Positions 23,273 through 36,780 of a stretch of DNA of 64,000 nucleotides are shown in pieces (within the stretch, counting starts at the first letter, position 1; each line of letters opens with the position of its first letter). A model generated the notes under the pieces. The model was not told the DNA's origin. It searched no databases and saw only the letters and a list, made by a program, of their open reading frames with translations. Source of the DNA: Chiloscyllium plagiosum (Eukaryota). The stretch lies in assembly GCF_004010195.1 (NCBI RefSeq), contig NC_057711.1, positions 78,505,613 through 78,569,612 of the forward strand. Direction: 5' to 3'. The translations under genes were made by a program, and so were the position numbers.

Positions 23273-26200
23273 ATGGCTAATGATTTGATTAAATGGTGTA
23301 CCTGGAATATCAAGGGAAATCAATCACCAATTAAGAGGAAGAAGGTACTCTTGAGTCTTAGAAAGGAGAAGGTGGAGATTGCTTTGTTACAGGAGATACA
23401 TTTGGATGCCAAGGAGCATCTGAAATTACAGCAGAATGGCTTTGACCGAGTTTATTTTTCATCATTTAATACCAGAAGTAGGGGAGTGGCTATATTGGTA
23501 AGGAAAAATCTCTCATTTAAATTGTTAGAATGTGTTAAAGACGCATACAGGAGGTTTGTAATTCTTAAAGCCTTGATAAATGGCGAAGAATATGGTGTTT
23601 TAAATGCTTATTGTCCCCCAGCTCATCCTCTTAAATTCTTGGTAGATACTTTTTCTAGTCTCGGCACATCATTATAGGGGGAGATTTTAACTGCCTCATG
23701 GACCCCAAAGTAGACAGGTTGCCTAAAGGTCCCTTGATACCCTCTGAACAAACTAAACATTTATTGGGTCTGTGTGGGGAATTAGGGTTGGTGGATGTCT
23801 GGAGGTGTCTTCACCCTACAGGTAGGGATTTCATGTTTTTCTCCAATCCGCACAGATGTCACACGAGGATTGATTTTTTTCTGACCTCTGCAGTAACCCT
23901 GGATCTGGTGGCATCCTATACGATTGGTAATATTGCCATGTCTGATCATGCTCCAGTGTACCTCATGGTTAAGATTAAGGATGTTACAGTGGATTCAAGG
24001 TACTGGCGAATGGACCCCTTTATTCTCATGGACAGTAAGATTGTGGAGTATTTCTCTAGGGAATTTTGGGCATTCCTAGACATCAACATAGGCTCGGTTG
24101 ATAGCTCATCTGTTCTCTGAGAAACTGCCAAAGCCTATGCCAGGGGGTTAGTTATTTCATATTCCACCAGTAGGAAGCGGCAGAAGGGTGAGCAGCAACA
24201 TCTCCTTGAAGCACGGTTGAAGGCAGCCGAGAAGGCTTATTTTGACAGACCCCCGTTGGTCAAACTACAGAGGATTCTGGCACTGCGGTCTGCACTAAAT
24301 TCCGTGCTCATGCAGATGGCAAAGAAGGAGCTGGCTTTTGCAAAGCAAAGGTTATATGAGCATGGTGACAAGCCAGGCAAATACTTAGCATACCTTGCCA
24401 GAAAGAGAAGTGCCCCACAAACCATTACAGTGATTAGGGAAGGATCTGGGAACCTAACATGTGATTCTAAAAAGTTTAATGTGGCATTCCAGAGATTCTA
24501 CTTTAAGTTATGTCAGTCTGAGAATTGTGAGGAGGGGCAGGCCAAAATGGAATCCTTTTTTAGAGATCTGAAGCTCCCGAACAACAGTCCTTTCTCAATG
24601 CCCCATTATCAGAGCAAGAAGTGCAAGAAGCTGTGAGGCAGCTTCAGAGTGGAAAGGCGCTTGGTCCTGACGGGCTTCTCAGTGAATTCTATAAGGAATT
24701 TATAAGTATACTGTCAGGTCCGATGCTGAATATATTTAATGATTCATACAGTCATGATTGTCTCCCCCCATCTCTGAGAGAGGCCAATATTTCACTTATC
24801 CTTAAAAAAGGGAAGGATCCGGAAGACTGTGCTTCATACAGGCCCATCTCGCTCTTAAATGTGGACTTTAAGATCCTCTCTAAGGCTCTCGCGTTAAGGC
24901 TGGAGACTGTGTTATCCTCTATTATTAAAGAGGATCAGACGGGCTTCATAAAGGGTCGCAGATACTCCAATAATGTTAGGAGTCTGCTTAACGTAATTCA
25001 AGCATGCCAACAGCAGTCAATACAGGGATTGGTGATTTCTTTAGATGTAGAGAAGACATTTGACCGAGTTGAGTGGCCGTACCTTTTCTATACTCTAGAC
25101 TGGTTTGGTCTGGGCAAAGTTTTCATAAGATAGATAAAGGTTCTCTACAGTGTACCTCTCGCTGCGGTCATTACCAACTGGGTACGATCAAGCAATTTTA
25201 ATATTTCTGGGGGCAGCCGGCAGGGCTGTCCCCTTTCACCATTACTTTTTATGTTGATGATTGAACCATTGGCAGACGCCATTTGTGGAGATCTCAATAT
25301 ATCAGCTCCAGAAGTGGGATCAAAATTACATAAGAACTTGCTGTACGCAGATGATGTTCTAATTTTCTTGACAAATCCAGCAGTCTCAGTGCCTTGCCTG
25401 ATATAATGCATTCATGCGTTTGGCACTTTTTCAGGGTATAAGATTAATTTTGCTAAATCAGAGGCTATGCCTATGGGTGGTCTTATGAAAGAGTTGGCTC
25501 TTGAGAGTGGCTATAGATTCCCATTTAGGTGGTCACAGGGTGGGGGTTGTGTGTATTTGGGCATATTCATTATTCCAGTCCTGGATTGGCTGTTCAAAGC
25601 CAATTTTACTCAATTATTTGAAAAAATTAAACAAGATCTCCAAAGATGGGAGGCACTTCCAGTCTCGTGGTTGGGTCAGATAGCACTTATTAAGATGAAT
25701 ATTCTCCCTCGCTTGCTATACCCTATATGGATGCTCTCCCTGATTTTCAATAAACAAACACTCAGGAGACTGAACAGTTGGTTCAGCTCCTTTATCTGGC
25801 ACCGTAAACGGCCCCTCATTAAATTAGCCAAACTGCAGTTGCCTCACAGATTGGGCGGAGTAGACCTTCCGGACATTAAAAATTGCCAATTAAGCTCGTT
25901 TTTGACCGACGTGAGTGATTGGGTTTGTGGGGACCCTCTTTCAATATGGCTAGATATCGAAGCCTCCCAGGCAAGGTGCCCCCTTACCAGTTTGCTGTTT
26001 TTGGACAAGGTGAGAACAGTTAGGGAATATTGCCATAACCCAATAGTCATCAATACTGTTAAAGTATGGAGGGCAACTCAGCAGAGGGAAGGCAATATTG
26101 GCAAAACATCTTTGTTTACACCTTTAGCGGGTATGCTGGGTTTCCAACCGGGTATGATAGATTCAGGATTTAAATATTGGGCAGCTAGGGGGATATCTTG

Positions 26201-27030
26201 CATGGATGATTTATTTGAGGGAGATGTAATGATGTCCTTCGATCAGTTAGTACGGAAGTATGAGTTACCTAATAGAGACCTCTTTCGTTTTCTTCAAGTT
26301 AGGGATTTTATTCAAAAAAAGTCCACACTTTTGACTGATCCCTACAAATCTGACATAGAAAGAGGGGTACTAAGGGCTAAGAGTACACTCTCTGTCAGTA
26401 CTTTATATCACCAATTGGGAGGGTGCCACCTCAGATGAGTCTGATCAACTCTGCAAGATTTGGGAAAGAGAGCTGGGTGTTGAAGTCTCCTCAGAGGCAT
26501 GGGAGGATATTTGGGAGAATACAAGGAAGATATCAATTTGCAATAGGACCCATACTTTACAGTTGAAGATTCTCCACAGGGTCCATTTAGCTCCAGACCG
26601 TTTGTCAAAATTTAAAGCAGGGGTATCTTCAGCATGTCCCAAGTGCAAGGTCTGCACGGGCACTCTAACCCATTGTCTTTGGTCTTGTGACAGGCTTCAA
26701 ACATATTGGAGTGCTGTGGCTGGTGCAATGGAGAGGATTTTAGGTGTAGGGGTGGAGAAGGACCCTATTTCTCTCCTTTTGGGCCTACCCATTGTATTTC
26801 CTGCAGACGTGCATAAGAAAAAACGTTTCAATATTCTTACGTTCTGTGCAAGGAAGAATATCTTGCTAGGTTGGATATCTGAAAAATCCCCAGGCCTGTA
26901 GGGTGATGGAAGATTGTTTTTGGAGCATATTCCCCTGGATTTTCTCACAAATATGGTACACCACAAAACTGAGAATTTTTACAAGACATGGCAACCTTTT
27001 TTGAAATACCTGGACACAGATTTATATAGC
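23273..27030 (+). pseudogene. L1 copy B ORF2 (APE endonuclease, RT, Cys-rich C-terminus), several stops and frameshifts
   Basis: WNIKG, LQEIH, GGDFN, RIDFF, SDHAP, YRPISLLN, QTGF, RQGCPLSPLLF, LYADDV and CPKCKVCTGTLTHCLWSC. Confidence 0.93.
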
Positions 27031-28299
27031 CGTAACGATTGTGTTTCATGAGTCCAATATCCAGGGAGGAGGAACTGTGAATGTATGAGTGTTTTGTTTG
27101 GCTGGGCTGAGTTATTACTATTTATTTGTTTGTTGTTAGGTATTTATTTATTTAGTTAAATAGCTAGTTTAGTTTTTTTTTAATTTTATACTTCTCTATA
27201 TATGTTTATACATTTGTATAGGAGGGTGGGTTGGGGAATTTTTTTATTATTTGGGTTTAGTTTTGTACTATTTTTGTACTGTTTTGAATTGCATTGTTTT
27301 GTATTTGTTGTAATATTTAAAAAATCCATTTTCTCTTAAAATATATAAAAAAGTAGATATGTTTGTTCTGGTAGAATAATAGATCGTTCATTAACAATAG
27401 TACTGTATTATGGCTTTATTGTACTGTTTTTTTCTGTTTTGATGTTTGTTTTGTATGTAGATGTTTTCTAAAAGATTTAAAAAGGTTTTCAGTAAAAATA
27501 TTTATTAAAAAAAGTAGCTTTTTTTGGAATGTCCAAATGTGAGTCCATGTCAGGATGCTTGCTTACAAAGTCCTAATTGAGCTTTGAGGTTACCTATGAC
27601 ATTTCAATTAATCCCGCTGAGAATGACCTCGGAAAATGTTGTTTACAATGCTCAGAAAGGAGGGCCAGCCGAATCTGCAAGTCCAGTAATGTCCACATAG
27701 TGTAGAGTACAACTCTGTACACTCACATGAATATTCAAAATAGAATTAACAGCAATAAGTAACACTGTTTTCTTGGGAAATAAAGGAAATATCTCTAATT
27801 CTTCTGTGACCATCAATCTGTTCCAAATATCAGGTTCAGAGCTCTGAGTTAGTTTAAACAAACAATGATGATCTCCATATGAATAAAATGAAACAAATGT
27901 GACTTATTTCTGTGTGAAATTTAAATTTAAGAAAACACTCATTCCATCTATGTGCTCTTCATAAGTCTTCTGTTACTGGCAATCGAGTTGGACAGGAAAT
28001 CTTCTGCAACTTTTTGAACATCTTTTTCTTGTGTAGTACACTCGCCCTGTACCCCTCTGCACCACCACTCCCATCTTCCCCTGCTGTAACACCCTCCTAC
28101 CAACCACCACCAGCAGACCTGCAAACTTGGATCTGATAACTTGCCTTTCTTCCCACTCCCCAGATACCTTATTCCTCATTTCAAATTCCTTCAGTTGTTT
28201 TGTGTTGAATGCCAATCCCATATCAAATGCCTTTCACTCAGCCCCAGATCCTCTGCGGTGGTTGCCTTCCTGCTTTAAATTCTTTATAATGTGCAGGCA

Positions 28300-30285
28300 G
28301 TGCTTTTAGGAGTTTAAAATCCAATGTGGAGACATAACTATCATGGTTGTGTAGGGTAGAGGTGGAATTTTCTGAACGTTTTTTCTTAGCACTCTTGGAG
28401 ACTCTTAAAAACTTTAAGATATTTATGTTCACATTGATAGGCCTGAAGTTTCTGTTAGACACACAATCTGCAAAATGCACTGGACACTGGACCGGTTTTG
28501 ATAAACTGAAGTTACCCAGTGAACCAGCTATATCATTAGTAAGGATAAATTGTATTCCTGGAGCTGAGAATTTGTCCAGTACTCCTACCCATGAATTCTC
28601 CACTCTTCACTGGACACTCTAACCCCACTTTACATAATTGAGTGATTCTTGTCTCACTGTGAATTCCAATTCCTATCATTTTTTCAGGCAATAGTCCTTC
28701 GGAGATACATATCTCCTTCAACATCAAAGACTGAGAGGATCCTGCATCTCTTAATATTGTAACCTCTTTAACTGTTGCCCCTTGCCTATGCGAGTAAACT
28801 TTACTGTTGCAAGTATATGATTTAAGTTGATCTGGCATTTCCTCCTTAACCAACCTTGGACCAGGTTGTACATTCTGGTGCAGCTTTCCAGTCTCCACTG
28901 TGCTTTTTATTACCATTCCAAGAAAATTCACGAGCTTACCCTGTTTTCCCACATCTGGCTTCCTAGTGCTTTTTCTAATCCACCAAAACTGTGATCTCAT
29001 GTGGCCTACTTTATTGCAGTGAAAACACTGGACCTTTTAACTTCTCTTTCCCCTTCAAGGGCTTTCTTTATACCCTGTGGTAAGTTATCCTTATGATCTT
29101 CACTGACATCTACCTTTCCCTTTCCACGTGAGGATTTCTCTTTTCCTCAATTTCTATCCCTCATGGATTGAAATTGATTTTGGAAGCCAAACTTTGATTT
29201 ATGGACCAACTCATAATCATAAGCCACTAATCTTGCTGTTTTAACTCTCTGCTCTTCCACATGAGTTCTCATTACTTCAGAAAGTGAATTTTTGAACTCC
29301 TCCAAAATAATTGTCTCTCTAAGAAGTTTACTCCATTTTTAATGCTCTTAACCACCTATCAAAATTACTTTGCTTGATTCTTTCAAACTCAATGTAGGTT
29401 TGACCAGGATCCCTCCTTAGATTCCTAAAACATTGTTTATAGTCTTCTGGTACAAACTCATATGCACTTAAGATGGCTTTCTTCACATCCTTATACAGCC
29501 CAGATGCCTCCTCTAATGGTGATATGAATACCTCACTAGCTCTACCTACAAGTTTTGTTTGGATTAACAAAACCCACATGTCACTGGCAATTGTATTTGT
29601 TTAGCCACCTTTTCAAATGAGATGAAAAAGACTTCCACATCCTTCTCATCAAATTTAGGCAACGCTTGAATATATTTATCCAGTTTCTCACCAGGCCTTT
29701 AGCTACCATGGGTTTGCTCATCCTCACTTTCTTCCTCACGAAGCTTACCTTCAGGCTTCATCACTATCCTTTTAAGCTGCCTTTCTTGTCCGTGCCAATT
29801 TCTGAATTTCAAACTTCCTCTCATTCTTCCTTTCCTCTCTCTTCTTTTGTCTCTCTGCTTTTAATTATAATTAAAACTGTTTCATTTCTTTTGCCCTTTC
29901 CTTGTCTTTTGCCTCTAATTCAAGCTACTTCATTTTCAATTGAATTTTAACCATTTCCAAAGATTCTGGTAGTATTTCCAGCAAATTTAAGTGCTGAGCT
30001 ATTGCTGAAATTATATCTCCTTTCCTCACGGAAGGAGGCAGTTCCAACTCCAGCTTGTCTAATTCTAGCAGCTTGGCCCTAATCACCTTTTCCAAAACCC
30101 CCAAAGTCACTTCTTCCACCCCCAGAAAACTCTTGGTGACTAAAAGCGCCATTGCTATCCCAAACACAGTTTAAACCAACCAAATTCAACATCCAGAACA
30201 AAAGACACTAACACCTACCACTCTCTGCCTTGGAGTCCAACAACCCTAATCATAATTTGGAACGACAGACCAATCCCTGATGATC
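28300..30285 (-). mobile_element. Second Gmr1-like Gypsy copy (gag-protease), decayed
   Basis: Homologous to about 2380-4350. WVLLIQTKLVGRASEVF..VKKAILSAYE, ILRDAGSSQSL, GIQFILTNDIAG. Confidence 0.8.
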
Positions 30286-30329
30286 TTTTTGTTTCAATCA
30301 AACTAATCAAGCTAACAATAGAATATGAA

Positions 30330-31610
30330 AACAGAATGATTAAAAAAAAAGGAGTAAAGAAATAGAGTATGAGAGAAATCTAGCTTGAAAAAATACAAAG
30401 ATATTTTAAGAATTTCTATTGATATTTAGAAACATAAACGGAAAGAAAGAATAGTTCCAATTGAACTGAGTTTGAGGAACTGATAATGGAAAGTAAAGAG
30501 TTGACTGCTGAACTGAACAGGTACTTTGCACCAATCTTTACTATGAAAGCAGCAAGGAACATCTCAGTTATGGCTATAAATCAGAAAGTGGAGAAGTTCA
30601 AGAAAATTATTTTAACAGGGATATGTTACTGAGAAAATCGTTGAAGTTGAGGGCTGACAATCCCTGGTTCCTCATGGATTTCACCCTAGCGTCTTAAAAA
30701 AAAGTGGCTAGTGAGATAGCTGATGCATTGGTTTTATTTTTCCTCAATTTTTACAATTTGTATCATTGATTTGATCATGGGACTAAAGCTATGATAGGTT
30801 AAATCAATGGATATTGATCTGGAATCTGATGTGGGAAGTCTTGAAATTATCCATTTTGGCATGAAGAATAAAGAAGAAGCATATCTAAATTGTGAGAGAA
30901 AATAGAACTCTGAGATGCAGAGAGAGATTTGGTATCTTCATGCATACATCCCATAATTTATAATTAAGGTGAAGCAAATATTAGAAATACCAACAGAATG
31001 CTATCATTCATTACAAGGGGAATTGAATACAAAGATAGTGAGTTTATGCTTCACTTATGCAGGGAATTGGTAAGACCACAACTGAAACATTGCCTTCAGA
31101 CTGCTCAAGGATATAAATGTTTTGAAAACAATTCAAAGAAGTTTTACTGGACTAATATCTGGAATGGAGGGAGTTGCCTTAAATGAAAAGATTGGACAGA
31201 TTAGGCTTGTCTCTGCTGGAGTTTAGAAGGGAAAGACGTAGCTTGATTGAAACATATAAGATCATCAGAGTAAGAAAGTGCATGTGGAAGAGATGTTCCC
31301 TCTTGTGGGAGAATTTAGAGAGAGGTCATTCTATTTTATAAAAAGTGGTTACCCATGTAAGAGAAATAAAGAAAATTTTTGTCACTTAGAATGTCATAAG
31401 TCTTTGGAATTTTCTTCTAAAAAGGCTGTGGAAACTGACTACATGAATATTTGTGGCCAGAGATTGACAGCTTTTTGAAAAGCAATGGGGTAATCAGGGT
31501 TAGTTCAGAGTGTGGAGTAATCAGATCAGCCATGATTTTATTGAACTGTGGAATAGGATTGAGGGACAAAGTTGCCTATTTCTGCATCAAATTCATATAT
31601 ATATTCATAT
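30330..31610 (+). mobile_element. Old, internally deleted CR1 LINE
   Basis: MLSFITRGIEYKD..LVRPQLKHC and MFPLVGE, followed by a CR1-type 3'UTR. Confidence 0.7.
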
Positions 31611-32090
31611 GGTTATGGTATTGATTAGCAATCCTGAAGCTAGACTAATCATCTAGGGGTATGAACTCACCACAATAGTTCCCTTAGTTAAATAAAATTT
31701 GAAATATAAATCAATATGAATACTAGTGACTGTACATTATAAGATGGTAGTACATGTCCTTATCTGATCTGGCCTATATTTGATTTCAAGCTCTCTCTGC
31801 TGTGATGAATTTTAATTGATGTCTAAATTAGTCTTAGAAAGCTATTAAGTTGTATTCAAGAACGCAGCTTATTATCACATTCTCAAAGCCACTGTGGTTG
31901 GCAAAAAAATTGATCTTAACAGAAATAGCTACCTCTTGTGAATGAATTAATTTAATTAAGCTTCTTTATGAAACATTTTTGTGGACATATGCCTATCCTC
32001 CATCGCCCATCCTTGAATCATTGTCAATAATGTAATCTGTAATTTACCAAGACTGATACTATCGATGAAATGTTAGCATTTTCTGAAATA

Positions 32091-32299
32091 CAGGTTGTTC
32101 TGCTATAACATGCGCTTCATTAACACAAGTTCGCTGTGATGTAATTGATGAATTGGAGACACTGTCTCAAAAGTGCAAACTTTTAAAACATGTGTTGGAA
32201 GTAATGCGATTACAAATGCCAACACTAGATGTACTGTTTCTAAAGTGCAATTTTTGTGTAATGCGGAACGCAACTATTGCATTATTGAAGAACTACCTG
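32091..32299 (+). mobile_element. Tc1/mariner-pogo (Tigger/MER6-like) MITE
   Basis: TA|CAGGTTGTTCTGCTATAA ... TTATTGAAGAACTACCTG|TA: imperfect TIRs with a TA target duplication. Confidence 0.7.
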
Positions 32300-32864
32300 T
32301 AGATTATCATAGCATGGCCTATAGAAATAATGTGCACAAGACTTTTTGAAATGGATTTCTATTCACTTTAGTGTGTAAATCATAATATTTCAAAATATGA
32401 CGGTGCACAGCTCACTGTCCAATATAAACTATTTTAAAACTGTGTAGTGAGATATTAAGGTCCAGGAGAGTTTATTCTAATCATCTAACAAGCTTTTAAT
32501 ATAAATAGAATATAAGTTTTTCATTTTATTCAGTGGTAGTTTCCTAAGTTTCAAAGTACGTATCAATGTATCAATGAGCAAGATTAAGGAAGCTTAATAA
32601 ATATTAAACTAGAAATTTACTGAAATTAAATTTTCCAGGATTAATTGATAAGTTATGTGCAAAATAGAAAATTAAAGATGAACACAAGGAAGACCAGATT
32701 GCATTGGAAAGCATCAGGACGGTGTTCATGTTATTGTTTAAAGTATGCAGCTGAATGATGGAAATTATTGGACATATTTAGTTGGTTAGTGTGAGAAAAT
32801 GTGAGTTGCAACCAAGACATCAAAATTTGGATTATAAGTGCTTCTGCTACTATTCTACACTTTT

Positions 32865-34468
32865 GCAGCAGAGAGCGGCAGGAGCTGGGTGGAAGTGAAG
32901 TCGGAGTGCAGAGGCTGTTGGGAAGGTGGGTGAGTGTTATTTAAGTAGGTGTGTTCTAGCTTCATTGAAAGTAAATAGCCGGCGGGTGGGGGGGGACAAA
33001 CTGGAAGTTTAAGAAGGAAGTTAAAGGGAAAGTTAGAACAAGAGAAGTCAAGAAAGACAATGGAATCAATGGAGCAGAAAACTCAAAATAGGATCATGCC
33101 GTAAGGTCAAGTGAAATAGGGATTGATAGGAAGGGTCAGGGGAGTAACAAATTAAAAATATTATACATGAATGCACGAAGCATTAGAAATAAGGTGGATG
33201 AACTTGAGGCTCATTTGGAAATTGGCAGTTACAATGTTGTGGGGATAACTGAGACGTGGCTTCAAGTGGACAGGGCCTGGGAAATGAATATTCAACGCTA
33301 TACTTGCTATTGTAAGGACAGACTGACTGGCAGAGGGGGTGGGGTGGCCCTGTTGGTAAGGAATGATATTCAGTCCATTGCGCGGGGGGACCTAGAATCA
33401 GGGGATGTAGAGTCAGCATGGATAGAGCTGAGAAATTCTAAGGGTAGAAAGACCCTAATGGGAGTTATCTACAGGTCCCCAAACAGTAGCCTGGATGTAG
33501 TGTGTAAGTTGAATAAGGAGCTGAAATTGGCCTCTCGCAAAGATATTACTTCAGTTGTTATGGGGATTTCAACATGCAGGTAGACTGGGAGGATCAGGAT
33601 GGTACTGGACCCCAAGAAAGGGAGTTTGTGGAGTGCCTCCGAGATGGATTCTTAGAACAGCTTGTGCTGGAGCCTACCAGGGAGAAAGCAATTCTAGAAC
33701 TGGTACAACAAACCGGATTTGATCAGGGACCTTGAAGTAAAGGAGCCATTAGGAAATAGTGACCACAATACAATAAGCTTTAATTTGCAGTTTGAAAGGG
33801 CGAGGGTAGAATCGGAAGTGACAATATTTCAATTGAATAAGGGGAACTATGGAGCTATGAGGGAGGAGCTGGCCAAAGTTCAATGGTGCAATACCCTAGC
33901 AGGGATGGCAGTGGAACAACAATGGCAGGTATTTCTGGATATAATATAAAAGATGCAGGATTAGTTTATTCCAAGAAGGAAGAAAGATCCTAAGGGGAGG
34001 CAGGGGTGGCTGTGGCTGACAAGGGAAGTTAAGGACCATATAAAGACAAAAGGGAAAAAGTATAACATAGCAAAGATGAGTGGGAAATCGGAGGACTGGG
34101 AAGCTTTTAAAGAACAACAGAGGATAACTAAAAAAGTAATGCGCAAAGAAAAAATGAGATACGAAGGTAAACTGGCCAAAAATATAAAGGAGGATAGTAA
34201 AAGATTTTTTAGGTATGTGAAAAGAAAAAAAAATGGTTAAGACTAAAATTGGGCTCTTGAAGACAGAAACAGGTGAATTTATTACGGGGAACAATGAAAT
34301 GGCAGAAGAGTGAATTGGTACTTTAGATCTGTCTTCACTGGGGAAGACAGGAGCAATCTCCCAGATGTAATAGTGGCTGAAGGACCTGAACTGAAGGGAA
34401 TTTATATTAGGCAGGAAATGGTGTTGGAGAGACTGTTAGGTCTGAAGGCTGATAAGTCCCTGGGACCT
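32865..34468 (+). mobile_element. CR1 LINE 5' portion with ORF2 endonuclease domain
   Basis: MNARSIRNKVDEL..VGITETWL..RGGGVALLV..GVIYRSP, EPLGNSDHN and LKADKSLGP. Confidence 0.9.
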
Positions 34469-34625
34469 CTTCAGTATTCGAAGAGCAGGAGAGTCAACAT
34501 TTCGAGCATGGCTCTTCACCAGGAATGTCATTCCTGATGGTGGGCTTATGCTTAAAACCTCAAGCCTCCTTCTCCTCAGATGCTGCCTGACCAGCTGTAT
34601 TTTCCAGTGCCACATTTCTGACTCC
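34469..34625. mobile_element. Decayed Penelope-type palindromic mini-element
   Basis: Inverted arms around CAGGAATGTCATTCCTGATG. Degenerate hammerhead cores in both orientations. Confidence 0.6.
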
Positions 34626-35858
34626 TCATAGTAGGCTGGTCGGCAAGGTTAGATCACACAGAATAAAGGGAGAACTAACTAGTTGGATACAGAACTGGCT
34701 CAAAGGTAGAAGACAGAGGGTGGTGGTGGAGGGTTGCTTTTCAGACTGGAGGCCTATGACCAGCAGTGTGCCACAAGAATTGGTGCTGGTCCATTGCTTT
34801 TCATAGTTTATGTAAATGATTTGGATGTGAACATAGGAGGTACTTCTAGTAAATGTGCAAATGACACCAACATTGAAGGTGCAGCGGACAGCAACAGACA
34901 ACAACAAAATCTTGATCAGTTGGGCCAACAGGCTGAGGAGTGGCAGATGAAGTATAATTTAGATAAATATAAGGTAGTACATTTTGGAAAGACAAATCAG
35001 GGCAGGACTTATACACTTAATGTTAAGTTCCTGGGGTTGCTGAGCAAAGAGACCTTGGAGTGCAGTTCATAGTTCCTCAAAAGTGGATTCTCAGGTAGAT
35101 ATGATAGTGAAGCAGGTATTTAATATACTTTCCTTTATTGGTCAGAGCATTGAATATAGGAGCTGGGAGATCATGTTGCAGCTGTACAGATATTGGTTAG
35201 GCCACTATTGGAATACTGCGTGCAATTCTGGTCTCCTTGCTATAGGAAGGATGTTATGAAATTTGAAAGTGTTTAAATAAGATTTACAAGGATATTTGCA
35301 GGGTTAGAGGATTTGAACTATTAGGTGAGGCTGAATAGGCTGGAACTATTTTCCCCGGAGCATTGGAGACTGAGTGGTGACCTTACACAGGTTTATAAAA
35401 TCATGAAGGGAATGGATAAGGTAAGTAGACAAGGTCTACCTCATATTTATCTAAATTAAACTTCATCTGCCACTCCTCGGCCTGTTGGCCCGTCTGATCA
35501 AGATCAAGATCTTGTTGTTGTCTGTTGCTGTCCGCTGCACCTTCAATGTTGATGTTATTTGAGGGTGGGAGAATCCATAACTGAAGGGTATAGGTTTAAG
35601 GTGAGAGGGCAAAGATTTAAAAGGGACCTAGGGGGCAAATTTTGCATAAATGGAATGAGCTGCCAGAAGAGATAGTGGGGTCTGGTACAATTACAACATT
35701 TAAAAGGCATCTGGATGGGTATATGAATAGGAAGGGTTTAGAGGGAAGTGTGCCGAATGATGGCAAATAGGACTAGATTTATTTAGGTTATCTAGTTGGC
35801 ATAGATGACTTGGACCTAAGGCTCTGTGTTTGAGCTGTATATTTTTATGACTCTATGA
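34626..35858 (+). mobile_element. CR1 LINE RT/3' fragment
   Basis: GPLLFIVYVNDLD, EYCVQFWSP and GDLTQVYKIM. Tail ATGACTCTATGA. Confidence 0.88.
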
Positions 35859-36780
35859 CCTGACTGAGGTGTATAAGATTAAGATGGGCATCAACAGGGT
35901 GGATAGAAAGCAACGTTCCCTAAGTTGAAGTTTCAACAAAGGGACATAATTCTAAATTGAAAAACTAGAGGTTTAAGGGGAATTTTGAGCAAAGTTTTTT
36001 CACCCAGAGGGTTATGGGAATTTGGAATTTCCCACTGCCTGGGGAGGGTAATTGAGGCAGGAAACCCCAGAACCTTTAATAAGTACTTGCTGAGCACTTG
36101 AAATATCACAACATCCAAGACAATGAGACAAGTGCTGGGAAGTGAGATCAGCACACATTTACGTAGATTTTTTTGGCAGTGCAGACTTCATGAGTGAAAG
36201 GGCATTTTCTGTATTGTATGATTCTATGAATTCTAGAAGATGTGAAAAGTCGCTAAGTGACAGATACTAACACTAGAGATTAGTTGAGGAGAGTACTGGG
36301 AATATCAGCAAAGAATCAAGAACTTCAGAAGGATGTAGACAAGATTGTGGAGCAGAGAGAGAGGTGGCAGATGATGTTCAATGTGGTTCAATGTATTTTC
36401 ATTTGAAGGATACGGAGAGACAATACAAAATAAAGGAGATACAGGGACAGAGGAACTTGGGTTTATAGCCTCAGTCATCATTAATTTGGTCTCAGGCGGA
36501 GTATTGCATTCCAGGTATCACATTCTAGAAAAGAAGTAAAGGCCTGGCAGAGAATTCAGAAGAGGTTTACAAGCAGGTGCTGGGGTGAAGAATTTCAGTA
36601 ATGCAGGTACATTGAAGAATTTGGGTCTGTCCTCCTTGGAAAAGAGAAGCCAGAGTGGAGCTTTAATGAGGTATTCAAAATGATGAAAATTCTGGACAAA
36701 TTAAATAAGGAGAAAATGGTCCAAATTGTGAAAGGATCAAGAGTGAAAAGGCACAAACCTAATGTTATTAGGAATTAAGA
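35859..36780 (+). mobile_element. Further decayed CR1 3' fragments
   Basis: DLTEVYKI..FFTQRV-like sequence with a GATTCTATGA tail, then a second RT C-terminal remnant. Confidence 0.6.

Larger units (their letters stand above)
21435..27350 (+). mobile_element. 5'-truncated L1 (copy B) inserted in the 3'UTR of L1 A
   Basis: Perfect 16-bp TSD AAGTAGATATGTTTGT at 21419-21434 and 27351-27366. Near-complete ORF2 and A-rich tail. Confidence 0.92.
13705..27513 (+). mobile_element. Full-length older L1 (copy A), interrupted by nested insertions
   Basis: 5' end GGAGAGATCCAAGATGGCAGC; ORF1 and ORF2 remnants; the 3'UTR breaks at 21434, resumes at 27367 and ends in an A-rich tail at about 27507-27513. 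Confidence 0.85.
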
